This document shows positions 26,791 to 39,821 of a stretch of DNA of 64,000 bases, piece after piece (position 1 is the stretch's first letter; each line of letters starts with the position of its first letter). The position numbers and the translations under genes were made by a program. The stretch covers positions 310,001 through 374,000 of the forward strand of contig JAYWIR010000032.1 of the NCBI GenBank assembly GCA_036172245.1. The letters are read 5' to 3'. The notes beneath the pieces are model-generated. The model saw nothing but the letters and a program-made list of their open reading frames with translations, searched no databases and was not told the origin of the DNA. The stretch comes from Raillietiella orientalis (taxonomy: Eukaryota).

Positions 26791-29700
26791 TGAGCCCTAT
26801 TACGCCGGGTCTTTTATTTAAAAATAAATAAACCACAGGTCAGAGGGGACGGAGTTCCCTTAATGCAAAAATGCAACAGCAAAGAAAAGTTCGCTGGGGC
26901 TGACCACCAGCAAACAGGCCAGCTTTTAAGGGAGCCCGGAGCGGGAAAGATGAGACAATAGATAAAGAGAGAGAAAAAAAGGACGGAAGGTGGAGACAGA
27001 GGTCTTTGGCCTAGAACACCTCCTACCTTCCTAAAAGCAGCTGTGCGTGATGGCGTTCTCCCTGGAGGCTTCTTTTTGCAGAATGAGACCATCTTGTGGC
27101 CGTCCTTACCAGGGCGGCTGCGATTCGGGTGGCCTTCCTTCTCTGAGAACGAAACTCCTCACGCAGAGGACCGTCGTTGCAGTCATGGCCTCAGGTCCCC
27201 TTGCATGAGGAAGCATCTCAGCAAGCCCGAACCCGCGTCCTCCTGGAGATAAAGAGCCGAAGCCATCCACCAGAGGAGAGGATTCTGCATCGACGAACCG
27301 AGAAATCTAAGGTGTGGACTCCTTAGTCTGCATGGCAGTGGGTTGGTCGCAAAAGGGTTCGCCACCCATCCTCCCGACTGTCATGGGTCACCGCTGACGT
27401 GCGGCTTCTTAGCCGATATTCCAGGAAGTGGTTCCAAAAGCTGGATGGAAGAGCCGGATGTAGGAACTCAACAGCTTCTTCTTCCTGGAGAGTGCTGCAG
27501 AAGCAAGAGAGGTTCTCCTGATGCTGCGTACGGTGAAAATTCCTGCTGATAAGGGACACCTTTGACCAGTTTGCCATATTCCCTCCTTTTCCTTTGATTG
27601 CTTACCTTCAAAGCCGTTGGGGAGCTTTCGATGGGGTGGACGGCATTCAGGATAGTGCAAATGGTCCATCTCCTTGCAGCACCAGCGAGAATCCGAGATT
27701 TGCGTACGACGCTGGTGTGGTCTGTTTGCAGGCCACCTGCTCTATATTCTTCGGGGAGCCTTCTGAACATGTCATCGTCTTCAGTGGCAGCTAGGGCTGA
27801 GGATGTGAACCTTCGCTCCTACTGAGGATTCGGAACGATTTTTTCCGCGTCTTGCACCTCCGATACAGCCTGCTTCCCAGTTTTTGGAGAGCATAGACGA
27901 GCAGGAAGTCGAACGGCGCCGCGTGGATGAACCTGTGGTCTCCGAACCTCACGTGGTCTTTGCCGAAGAGGAAGCGCCCAGACGCGTGATGCTGGAGTAC
28001 GCAAGAGCATGGTTCTCCTTGAATTCAGGGGCTTCTCTCCAAGGAAGGCCATGCTTCTTTGCGCCGAAGGACGGGCAGGTCGGAGACGATAGCCTTTTGC
28101 GTGTTCCCCAAGGAGGCTGTTCGAGACCAGCGCCAGCGAGCTTCCAGATCGAGTTCATGTTTCTGGACACTGTCAATCAACAGCATAGAAACTCCTGATG
28201 ATGTCTCTGGTCCTGCTGAACTTCACTTCGCTGTCACTGCCTCCCCAAGGCTAGAATCGTTGACCAGTAGGCCTAAAATTTGAGTCAGGTCCTGCGAGGA
28301 GTAAGACTGCCATCATTTGCAGGATGTTTGGCCCCAGTAGAAAGACTGGGGTGGTCAACGTCGACCGATCAGAAAAGAGAAACTCCTTGATCTCCCCTCT
28401 GAAGAGCTCGAGGAGTTCCTTGATGAGCTATCCGGTACGAGGACCACTCGAAGAGCAAAATCTGGACTGCTTCCGTTGATCTGGCAGAAGCGCCCTGTAG
28501 CTCCGCGATCTCTGTGGAAGCGACCCCATGATAAAACGCGAGGGAAGTCTCGGAGCTATTCGTTTGCTCCGTTCTATCAGACCCCGAGACGAGCATCGGC
28601 CAGCAAATTAAAGTCTGCCAAAAACTAGAAATTCGAGCTTGCCGCAACGGATTCCTGGCTCGTGCTGTCCGAACTGAGGCCATTCCTGCCCAATACATCT
28701 CGTCTGCCGCTCCAGGGACAAGTTCCCCCCCACACCTCTTCGTACGCCCTCGACCACGGTAAGCGAAACTTGCGCACTCTGGACAGGCAGAGAACACTCA
28801 GGAACACTCGGGTGGAGAGCCCTTCAAGTGGCTTCGGACCGCGCTGACCCGGAAGGAAGGAAGCCATTTCTCTGCAGGAGGGGATTGTGAAAGTGGATCG
28901 GAGCCTCTCCTCAGCCGACCACTTTCCCGCAGAACACCTCGGGAGCTCTGAAAAAGTTTTCACTCCAAAGAGCCGTCGCTTACTTCCTGCTTCAGGCGGC
29001 ATCCGTCTCTTCCCGTGCTGTTGCAAGCCTTCAGACCTTGATGACCCGCGTCTTAATTGGACTGCAGGAACCGGGGCTCATCTGTCGTTTTCTCACAGCC
29101 TCAAGGACCTTTCCCACCCTTTGCGTGCCTCCTTCTTCCCGCTTCCTTCCTCAAGGGAAGGAGGAGACCGATTCTGAGCGGGATCCAACAGTCCTCCTGG
29201 AAGGCACACCGGAGGGAGGAATTTTCGGAAGGGTCGGGAGTCACGCGCTCCGAGAGTCAAAAGGCTTCTCGAACATTTCGGATTTCCGCTTGCTGTCCAA
29301 AAGACCGATGGGGTAGGCGGGAAGTCTGAAAATGGGGGGGGGGGGGGGAGGATCGCGCAGAACGCGATGGAAGGGAGGCGGGGATTCGAGAGAAGAAAAC
29401 CCGGAATCCCGGAGATCGGAGGGAAGCGGCAAAGCAGCGTCTCTCACGAGGCTGGTCTTCCGTGGCCTAAAGCTGCTTCTAGAGGGTTGGCTGGAAGCAA
29501 CTTCGGCCTCAGGTTCTACTAGGGTGTTTTTAGTGGGCTCACAGAGCTCCTTAAACGCTTTCCACACCACCCGAGGGTGCGCGTGGCTGTTCAGGTTGGG
29601 GGGTCCCCCGGGAGGGGACTTCCCAATGAATCCAGGAAGGGCTCCAGAGGAAGGAGTTCGCCCCTCGTATGCTTTAAAGGGAATCCTGGAGGGAACCTAA

Positions 29701-31450
29701 TCCTCATTTCTCCGGAAGGACCCCCCGGATGGGGACTCTCCTGGTTTCTCTTCCTATGGGAACCTGGAAGGGATCCGCTCCTGGGATTTCTTCTTCGGAG
29801 GGATCCTGGCAACGGAAAATCTCCTTGTTTCCTCCTCTGAAGAGAACCCCGATGGGACGCTTCCAAATTTTCCCTGAAGGGTTGCCCACAAAGATAGCAG
29901 TGCGCTTCTTGACACTCCGGGGAGGCAGCCCACTCGAAGGAGGAGAATCGACCCGCTCCATGGCACACGATGGAGGATCCTTCCATGAGGGAGACGTCTC
30001 CATCTTCGCAACCGGAGTGGAACCCTGAAAGGAATAGCAGGCGTTCCGCGATTCCTCCACGAAAGAAAGGCTACCAACTCACAAGACGCATCTATTTCTT
30101 TGCTTCGATCCTTCCGAACCCGCAACGCCCGGTTCCATGAGCGGAGATCTCAGCAGCCACACGGCCACCAAAGGTGCAGCCGAAAGGCGTTTGGTTCCCC
30201 TTTCTCCTCACCAAAGGTGCTTCCGGGAGTCTTCAAGGATCTGTCCCAATCCTGTGCCAGACTACCTGGCTCAACCAATGGGAAAACTCTTGACTGCGGA
30301 GGAAGAACGGAAGAAGCTCCACCCATGCTTTCCCATGAGGAAGAACTTTTTGAAGGGGTTCCAGGATGAGATCTCCTCAGTTGTTCTTTTCCTCCTTGGA
30401 AAAAAATATTTGTCACCGCCCTCTAACAACCAGACGCCGCCCTGCCTCCGCATTAGATCCGAGGGCCCGGCCGAACGACCTTCACTTGTCCCTGGAACTC
30501 ACTCGCTTCTTCTCCTTTCCTTGAATCGGGATTCCCAGAGCGCCCTTTTTCCTACCTTAGGAGCACCGTCATCTTTGCCCACCGAACTCTCGAAAGTCGT
30601 TGGGCGCTAAGTGGCCGCGTGTGCTCCTGAGACGGACGCGTTCCCTGCCTGCCACCGCGCGTGCGCCATCGTCGCTGCCACTCCATGTGACACTGGGAGC
30701 GGTGGGTCATGTGCTAGTAGGTCGCGTGAAAGGCACTCTCCTCCCTCATCCCCGACTTCCTCCAACGTGATCTCTGCGTTCCCCAGATTTTTTTTTAACC
30801 TAATCTATGGGACAGATTTGTTACGTGCATCTGTCTGGGAGGTCTGCACGTCACGCTGCCAGCCTGCTCCAATCACCGTTTCCGCAGCCACACGTTTGCT
30901 CGTCAAACCGCAGAAGGGCGCGGCCGTTGTCGATGTCTTGTTCCTCCTAGCCGCTCCACCTCCTTTCTGCAGCTCCCTTCTGCTCGCTTCCCTCGAACGC
31001 CCGCGGGAACCGAAGACGCCCCAGGAAATCTCGCAGCGACATCCGCCGTGAAGGTGCCAGAAGATAAGTTCCTCCGCCGTCGAGTCTGACGGTGCACCTG
31101 GGACCACCTAGAAAAATAACCTCCGCTGATCCCCCGTGATCAGCAGCTTCTGCGGCATCAGAAATTCCCGAACCGAGCGACCCTGTATGGACTCGCGCTT
31201 CCAGATTCCGACCCATTTATCTGGACCCAAAGACGTATCGAACTCTTAATGTCTCCTTTTCACAGTCCATCTCTCCTCTTTTCCAGACTCCCGATTTAGC
31301 TGCGCCCCTGCAGGGCTGCCATAAGCTCCTACTCCCCCCCCTTCAATTACTCTTGGAAATTCATATTCGATCCTCCCCTGCATCATTCCGTGGAATCCTA
31401 TGGAAGAGCGCAGAGAAGCCCTTGTTACAGGGCTCCATGCCTCCAGCTTC
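26791..31450 (-). mobile_element. Decayed, probably near-full-length LINE (ORF1 remnant, APE, RT, 3' UTR)
   Basis: GHLA knuckle-like remnant ~30610; SVLCLS ~28790 and FLADFNLL ~28610 (APE); GIWQTGQRCPLS ~27560 (RT QGxPLS); AATAAA plus terminal motif at 26795-26819. Confidence 0.7.
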
Positions 31451-31559
31451 GCTGAGGACGCTAAGCTTTTTTTCTTCTCCGTGACCCACTGATTCCCGAT
31501 CCCGGATTGTCATTTTTGGGGAACCAAGTGTTCCGTGGGTTCAATTTGAATTCTACGGA

Positions 31560-32057
31560 CTGACGTCCTCGATGGCCGGTGTCTTCGCGATCCTCTGCAG
31601 CGGGCAGTGGATCGTGCCCCTCCTCCAGACGATCCGCACTCGGTCTCAGCTGGTCATATACAGGGGACATGCTGACGGGAGTTGCGTCAATTGGCAGGGC
31701 GGCTGCTCCTCTCTCTCTTCCGCCTTCCCTCTTCGTCCCCTCCTCCTGACAGAGGATGGTGGCGTCCGATCTCGTCCTCGGGACCCAGCGATCCTGCGAG
31801 AATCTCTTGTGCCGACGCGGATACTCCCTTGGCGGCGAAGCAGAGAACCAACCCTCCGTGCTTGGCTCCCTTGCAGTCGTCCGGTCTCCTCCCGGCCTGA
31901 AGTCTGGCAGGCGCAGGCGACTGCCAGTGTCGCCTTTCCCTCCGTGGACCCGATGCTCCAGCGGTGTGGAGTCGGTTCCTGGGGACCCGTTTGACTGCAG
32001 GCCACCGGCTCCTGGTTTCCCTGACTAAACCTTTCAATCCGGACTATGGCGCCCCAG
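31560..32057 (+). mobile_element. LINE RT-core fragment
   Basis: WIVPLL...VNWQGGCSSLSSAFPLRPLL (QGxPLS region) followed by SCADAD (YADD-like). Confidence 0.55.
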
Positions 32058-32100
32058 GGTTTCTGGAGTCCAGCAGCCTCGCTGCTGGACTCCAGAAACC
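32058..32100. repeat. Perfect hairpin, 20-bp arms, 3-nt loop
   Basis: GGTTTCTGGAGTCCAGCAGC-CTC-GCTGCTGGACTCCAGAAACC. Confidence 0.95.
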
Positions 32101-32460
32101 AGAGCCACTTTACCCGGTACGCCACTTTAAAGGAAGTGTATGTCTGTATAGAAGCACTGGAAGCCACTGCAGATCTTCCTCCGAAAGTTCCAGTAGCTCG
32201 CCCATAGCAAAAGTTCCCGAGGTGGAGCACCTGGGGTTGCAGAGTCCGTTAGCTGGCCCGTCGTCCACTCTCCCAGTCCTTTTCATCTTCCGGAGATATT
32301 CACAGTAACCTCCCATCTAGCCGCAAGGCTGCTGCCTTCAAGAGAGGGCAGCGCTACGGCGAGGGTGGTTCTCCCTTCCCACGCACTCTCCATGGGATGT
32401 CCCAGGATCTCCCGGAAAGAGCAGTCGTTGTGGGAGCTGTACTGGGAAGGTGTTTGGGGC
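32101..32460 (-). mobile_element. LINE ORF2 C-terminal fragment
   Basis: GELLELSEEDLQWLPVLLYRHTLPLKW matches GELLAIPPEEVKWPPACWDCATLPLKW. Confidence 0.85.
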
Positions 32461-34075
32461 TGCAGTCGTGGATCCGTCCTCAAGGAAGAAGAAATAAAAT
32501 CTCAACAGTTTTTGTTTTTGGCTTTTCTTTTTATGCGGGATGCTTTAAGAATACGCCTTCCGAGCAGAGAAAAGAGGCTGAGAGATGTCAGCGATGGTGA
32601 TATCAGCACAGATCAATTCTGGAGGTGCCAATCAGCCCGAGACACGGCATCCAGAGGCGGGAGGGAGAGAAAGGAGAAGAAACAAACAAAGGGATGGAAC
32701 CTCTCAGAGAAGAGGCGCGCTTGCGTCCCGGAGCACCATTACCAGCTGTGCCTAAATCCCCCCTCCCTCCCCTTCCCCACTCGTTCCGATACCGCTAGGC
32801 TGAGAGGCAGTGGAGGATCGACCGCTCGCTGTCGGATCCGCCATTTCGGCGCACGAAGGGCCGATACTGCGCCTTCCTGGAGGAGAGAGGGCTTTTCGTT
32901 CCTTCTCCATTTCGAACGTGCTGCTGTTCGCCGAACCCTTTCGTTCCTGAAACGGCGTCGTTCGCAGTCGCCATTAATCTCGACTTTTTTTTTTTCCTTC
33001 TCGCGTGATTGTTTGCGTCCAAGAAGGACGTAAAAAGGAAGAAAAGAAAGAAAAGGAGACTGGAAACTTCTTTGCTTGCAAATTCCGGGATTCCCCTTTC
33101 CCGACCGCTTCCCTCCGAGTCTATATAATCAGAATAGCTGGGACAATGCTCGGATCCCCTCCCCCCCCTGACAGTAAGGTTCTCCCCCTATTTATCTTTC
33201 CGCCATTTAAGCTCCGTCCCTCACCCTCTTGCGATTGCATCTCTCCGCCCGAGCCGGAAGGGCTTCCCCCGCCCGGCGCTCCCTCCGCTATTCCCCCCCT
33301 CCTTTCGTCCCGCCCGGGTAGATGATCTCGCGTGGTTCTGTCCACGGCGATGAAATCCCTCCCCCCCCCGGGGTCTCTGGATGCGTGCTCCGCGCCTCCT
33401 ACTCCTTGGACCCTTCCCTTCCCAGGAATGCTTGCACCCGCCCCCGCCCCCGCTTCTGGGCAAGCAAACGGCGCCTATTTGCCCGTCCCCAAAGAAGCTC
33501 CCCTCAGCTTAACTGCTGGGAACCAAAGGATGCTCCCTTTGCTCCCAGGGAAGGGGCATGCGTCCCTCACTTTGCCGCGAGCTGCCCACAACCGGTCGAG
33601 GGCACGGTGCGCGCGCGCGTCGCTTCGACCTGAACATCGAGAAGACTTCCGAGAAACCCGTCCTCCGTCTTCTCTGCGTCCTCTTCAACTACTTCTGCAT
33701 CCACCTTTCGTTCGAGAGTCTCCCGATTTTCTCCAGAGCGCGCCTTTCGGAGCGGCTGAAAGTTCTTCGTATTTCCCCGGGAGTGCCCGGCCAAAGACGT
33801 CCTCACACCTCTCAAAATCCCTGCTGCGACCAGCGTCGCTGGTCGCAGCAGGGATTTTTCACCTGCCGGTCCGCTCCCACGCTCAAGCCGACGGGTTTGG
33901 CAGGCGGCAGGATGCGCAAACCAAGAGTGCCTTCAGGCTGCGTCCGTGGGAGGGACACGACACAACAACTCTTGGAAGAACCTGTAGCCGAGGAATCCTC
34001 CTTCCCTCGGATTTAGAAATGCTCCAGCTGGTAAGAAATTTTCCGAGAAAAAAAAAACCTACGATAACTTATAAA

Positions 34076-34451
34076 CAGCGGTACGTCGGTACTCGTCGGT
34101 AATTCGTTCCGGAACTCGTGCCAAGTGCCGAAACTGACGAGCACCAAACGAGTTCCTTCCTAGACTTCGTGGTATCATTTTTAACCATTTTAGGACCCAT
34201 GATTTACGATTAAAATGCACAGAAAGCACACAAAGAAGGAACGATTCGGGAGCCACTCTATGGAAGTGTTTGGCACCGTTCGCGAGTTACCACGAGACGA
34301 AAACGTGTTCACTCGTTTCATCATGAGAGTGGGGTGTCGACACCGACAGTTCCGAGCATGCGCCGACTGTCGAAGCACTGTCTTCTCGTTAAAATGCGAC
34401 GAGTACTGAGTTTGACGAATTCCGAAACCGTCGAGTACCAAAGAACCACTG
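34076..34451. mobile_element. pogo/Tigger-like MITE, copy 2
   Basis: CAGCGGTACGTCGGTACTCG ... CGAGTACCAAAGAACCACTG|TA; internal sequence colinear with 4934-5245. Confidence 0.82.
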
Positions 34452-34814
34452 TATTCAAATTTAGAGTAATGATAAAATCTCATCATAATAATGTAACTTT
34501 AGTGTACACTCACGAGCCACTGGCAAGAGCGAGACAGACCTAGAAGAAGGACTCCAGGGTAGATGCTTATGCGAGCTTGCGAGAAACCGTCTCTATAGAG
34601 ACTGCCATTGCGGAAAGAAACCTTTCCTCAGCAACGTCACACGAGCACATGGGATTCGCATTTTCTGGACGGCGCTTCCCAGGACTGAGAAGCACCCGGA
34701 CTGTAGATTTCGTTGACCGACCAGAGGTCAATGTACCCCTTTCCGTGAATTCTCCGTTGCTTGGATACCTCAGGGGAAATTTTTTACCTTGGCACTTTTA
34801 GAAATTTTCCATAT

Positions 34815-35010
34815 TTAGAGATAGATGGAAAAAGAAAAAGAAAACGGAAATGCAGGCAGAAGAAATAGAAATGCAAATTGCCAGAAAGATGGGGAAATAG
34901 TAAACAAAATATCTGGCAGACGAAGAGATAGAAAACGGAAATTGCTAGAAAGATGAGGAAATAGAAAACGGAAATGAAAGCAGAAGAAGAAATGGAAAAT
35001 GGAAATTGCT
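34815..35010 (+). repeat. Purine-rich degenerate tandem repeat
   Basis: Recurring GAAATAGAAA(A)CGGAAAT(T)GC(T/C)AGAAAGATG units. Confidence 0.6.
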
Positions 35011-35279
35011 GGCAGTCGAAGAAGAGTGAGCCTTGAAGAAATGGCTGCGTGCTCCTGGGATGCGGGAAATGATGAAGCGTTCAGGGAACGAGAAATTCTC
35101 TGGAAGAGGGGCGCATGGCCTGCTCGGACATCGCAGCGTCGCCCCATGGTCTGCAGGCATCCTAGACCTTCGAAGACGGCAAGGCGAGAACCGCTGTCGC
35201 CGGACTTAACTCTCGTCAAGCACGCATGGGGAGAATTCACTGCTGGACCGTGTGCACTGCAGCGCAAGGAAGCGTAGCA

Positions 35280-38200
35280 TCATCTCCCCTTAGGACATGT
35301 TCTGGTACAAGGGAACGCCCCGTCCTGAGAGGGGATTGAATGCACTCCTCCTACCGCGTCGCTCTTCTCAACCTCTTGGGCGAGATGCGCCCATTAAGTC
35401 ACTTGGTGCCTATCCCATGTCAAAATCCTTGTGACTGGAAAGACATCCTTGATCTCATCCTCAAGTATTGCACCCGCAGCTTCTACGTAATCTCTAAGCG
35501 TCACAAGTTTTACTGGGCAGTTCCAAGAGGATGGCGGCAGAAGGTCGTCGGGAGCTGCTCGCATCCAATGAACCCATCCGCAGGACGGCATCTAGCCTTC
35601 GGCATCACCTGGTACCCCAAAGCAAGGGTCGGATCATTATACCGCCACCTTGAGAACCGGCCAGCGGCTTCGTGAGATGCCGAGAAAAGGAGGGAGAGAG
35701 CATCCGTGCACGTGCACTGGTGGGCTGCTCCCACCAGTGCACGTGCGCTCGTGGAGGAACCCCTTGGGGCGTGGGGCAACGACGAGATCCCGAGGAGAGG
35801 TCCTGGCCGCCGGAGGAGGGAGATTCAGCCTCCTGCGATCTCGGAGCGTCCCAACTCTTCGTTTCCTGCTTTGCAGGGGCCAGGGGAGTCAAGTGTGATC
35901 GCCTGACCTCCCGTGGGGCTACACCTCAGCTGAAAATCGAGTCCCGGTATTGATGGCTTGCATCCACCGCTTCTGCGCAACCCTTCCCAGGCGGACCGCT
36001 AGATGGTCCTGTCTCCTGGTGATGGGGCCGGGGAGTTGTCACTAGCACAGTGGCTGAGGATGCGCGGAGAAGGCCTCTCACGAGCCACACACCCGCGCGC
36101 TCGATCCATACCGTTCCTGGGGCCGCCAGTCTGCTAACCCTGGAAGCGCATCCATGAGCGGTTCAATCGTAGGTGCCGCCCAGAAAACACAAAGTGACCT
36201 GACACAGGCCTCTGTTGGCTGGATTATGCTTATTCACGAGAGAGTGAACTTCGCGAGAGCGTGTCCTCCTGGACAGGGGGGAGTGCGAATCTGGCTGACC
36301 CATGACCCACAAGCTTTTTCCCGGAGCCGGAAGAGAGAACTCTCCCAGGAGGGTTAAAGGAGAGGCGAAGAGTCCAGAGCTTGCCAAGAAGGAAGGGAAG
36401 CAAGACCGGGACTCATCGCTGCTTTTGGTCCGACAGAGTGCTCGAGGTCAGCGGCATAGAAGGGAGGAAGGGAGCGCTATCGGATGCAGCGGCGCCTCCA
36501 AACAGCGGTAGACGAGACGCCCGAAGGCGTGAATTCAACCCAATCTGGCGCGGAGGAAGCACGGCACCCGACAGAGCAGCGCCTCGTTTTCTCCAGAGGC
36601 CGATAGGTAGCCTGTGAGGACTGCAACGATGACGCCTGCCTGCCAGAAAGGCCGGAGGTTTCCTGTGAAATCTCAGGTCGCGGGGAAAAACCCCATGGTG
36701 TCTCCAATGAGAGCCAATGACCCCACCCAATGAACCCCTTTGCCGGGGTGATCTCTTCGGAGCCCTAGGAGACATTTCGAACGTGTCTCCAGCTATGGCG
36801 GATGGCTCATCCCTTCCCATGAAGTGACAGGACTCGGCCTCGCGACTATTGGATTGGGTTCCCTTTTCGCTCGGTTGCCTTGAGGCACTTCTTTTGCAGA
36901 TGAAGAAAACCAAACAGAAAATGTGGACCAGTCGATCCACTGCACTGCTGGACTCGCAGGTCGGCTTCACCGAGGTAGACGAGGGAACAATAAATAGGTC
37001 CATAATAGTCCCTCAAAAGCGAGGGAGGCAAAGGGACCAACAGTTACACCCACTGCGCCTCCTGAAACCCATATGCCACGTAGGAGGCCTCTTCTTCGAC
37101 TCCGTAGTCCTGCAAAGCGACTTTTGCTGGCGCGCCTCCTGCGTGCCCAGGGACTGCATCAACCTCCTGACTGAACACAGGATCGGGTGATCGAGACAAG
37201 ATCAGGAGAAAACTCGCCCCCTGGGGATCATCGCCGTGGAAGGGATGTCCTTGGGTGGAAGTAGTGAGGCCGAGAGGTGTTTTCACAGTTTTTCAGCACG
37301 CCGACACCACCGGACCAGGAGTGGTGTAGCTCCGAACTGTGCCAGGATAAGTAGAGTCCCTCCCGCGCCTGCCAGAGTATGCTCCCCTCTGGAGTGCACG
37401 GAGACATTTTTCCACGGCCCTCCAGTACCCACAGGACAACGCAGTGAGCGTTCTGAAACGCCTCTTCGTGCCGGCCACGCCGGTCACAGCAGCTCGATCT
37501 TGCGCTTCCGTGGCCAACTGGTGGGGCGGAGTCAGAAGGACGCCATTTTCCTCCTCCTTGGGAATCGCGCCGAGGCGGCCGTGCTCACGAAGCCACGCAG
37601 AGGAGCTTGCCGTGAGTGCGGAGGACGTCGGGGACTGCGGGGAATGCGACTATTCAGACCTCGCTGGGAGCGACCTGCACCGGCGCACACACCCCTTCTG
37701 GACTCCGAACGATGTAGTAGAAGTCACAATCCCACTAGGAACGGTTGGCCTCTTTTTTTTGGAGTAGCTGTGTTTCGGAACCGTTTTTTTTTAAGCAGAA
37801 GTCCCGGCGCGACCTGGAGTCGGATTTGTGACGACCTAAAGCGGCTTGCCAAGACCCCAACTGGCACTATCGTTCCCCGGCTGGACTCTTCTGTTTCTTT
37901 CGTCATCGTTTTGTGCAGTGGCTACTCGCGGCGAAGACCACGCTCGAGCAAACTGCATCGGCTCTTCCGGAAGTCTTCCGGGAAGCACGAGTGCCCTAAT
38001 CAAGCCGAACAACCGGTGCTTGGTTGACACTGAGCTCTGCTGTTTTTTCCGTTTTCTTCCTGAAGGTGGGATGTGGAATGAATGCTCGCTGCGGCCATCA
38101 GAGTAAGGGATCTTCAAAACAGGACGCTGGACTCGTAATCAGTAGACGGAGTGATGTGCAGACATCCAGAGGACGGCATCAGTCCATTGAAACTCCTATG

Positions 38201-38400
38201 GTCTCCTCCTCCTAGATCGCCGGACCATCGATCGGAGGACATAACGGAAGTGGAGTGGAGGGAGAACCAGTTTACAAATGCGATATGGGGTGGAATAGGT
38301 CTTCGTCATGCAGCGAAAAGAGAGGAAGTGGTTAGGTTTAGCGGTGTAGGGTCAGTCCTCCCAGAATAGGCCCAAGGTTTCCGTGCACCTCACATTCCAG
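35280..38400 (+). mobile_element. Decayed LINE (ORF1 remnant plus ORF2)
   Basis: VRCREK knuckle-like ~35672; SL...RRHFERVS ~36755-36790 (KAFDRV); PFSLGCLEALL; CHVGGLFF (YLG-like); motif order conserved. Confidence 0.55.
35708..35746. repeat. Perfect hairpin, 17-bp arms, 5-nt loop
   Basis: GCACGTGCACTGGTGGG-CTGCT-CCCACCAGTGCACGTGC. Confidence 0.95.
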
Positions 38401-39703
38401 ATGGGACCTTTTCATTGCCCCCTGCATGCAGGCGATGGAGACAGCAAGCAGCTCTCCGGGACGGGGGTCGCATCCTGTCTCCACTGGAAAGGTAAAGTTT
38501 TCAACTAGCAATAATCGCGCCCCCCTTACGTTCAGCGGCTGCGATACTGCCCTTATGCAAGGAAACGTAAACGTGGCTCTCGCTTGACAGAGGATCGCCA
38601 GCAAAGAGACGACAATAAGCCAACAGAAGTGGACATTTCTTTAAGTGGGTTCTCCTGGAAGCTGGGATACCTCGGAGATGTGCTTTCATCCCAGACTCAG
38701 CTTTCCGCTTTCCAGAAGCGGAAGGTGTCCCTCGGTGAGCGGCACTCTGAGGACCACTCTCCGCGGTAAGTTGCGGTGCCGGTCCTCACTGCGGAAAAGA
38801 GCTCAGTACTCCAGCAGGATATCAACCTGCTGGCAGGGTATAGGGAAGGCAGGGGAATCGATGAGAAAGTCCGGGATCTTGGAGTTTCCTCGGGGAATTT
38901 CTAGAAAGCCTCGTGACAGTCCAAGAAACTGGCAACGGGTCTCTTCCGCTGTCACTGGTGGAATTCCGAAAGAAAATTTCATTTTCTTTCGCCCGCTGTC
39001 CTGTTTGACGTTCTTGCTGGGTCCTTGCATTCGGGATTTTACGCTTCGCACGTGCATGCTTGGATGACATCCAACATGCGAAGCTCTGGACGGGATGATT
39101 TTGAACATCGTGCGCGTTGCGGGGTCTCCGTGTATATGAACTTTCCAGGAAAGTGCAACGGGATCGTTGTCTCAAATGAGGCGGACATAGAGGGGAATCT
39201 AGGAAAGGGGAAGAGAATTATAAGAAATTCCTTTCCATATCGCAGAGGCGTGGAGCCGCGTCATCTACCGGTGTACTCTAAAAACCATGTCGGAACACTT
39301 GTGTACTATTATCAACAGGTACCAGTCACAAATTAAGGGCACTTAAGTTATGACACTTTAATGGTTACTGTTTGTTTATTCATGGGCACAACTCGTGCTA
39401 AAAGCATGGAGCTACGTCAGTTATGCATAGCATGTGGTTCTTCCCATTTGGTTTTTACAAGGGATAAGTAGAAAATCTTTTGTGACTTCCTTGTACACCT
39501 TGAGGCTGGCGATTACAGCGAAGCAGAAAGGGTAATCTTTATATTGATTCCGAGATCCAACTGAAGCGTCGAGTGTGCATCCGGGTCCGAAATCTCTGGA
39601 AATTAAAGCGGGTCAACGCTGGAAATGCACTTGCAATTGCTATAATGGAGATTATATTTATAAGCCGGTAATTGGAGCGGAGAAGCACAATTTTTTTTTC
39701 GTT

Positions 39704-39821
39704 TGTTTGAATTTTCCAATTGTATCAATTTTCTGATTGTTTGAACCTTCGATTGTTTGAATTTTCCGATTGTTTGAATTTTCCAATTGTTTCAATTTTC
39801 TGATTGTTTCAATTTTCCGAT
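39704..39821. repeat. Minisatellite, 7 x 17 bp
   Basis: Units TGTTT(G/C)AATTTTC(C/T)(G/A)AT, one of them 16 bp. Confidence 0.92.

Noticed and set aside
39704..39821. CRISPR-like array
   Set aside because: The 17-bp units are contiguous without unique spacers, there are no cas genes, and the context is eukaryotic.
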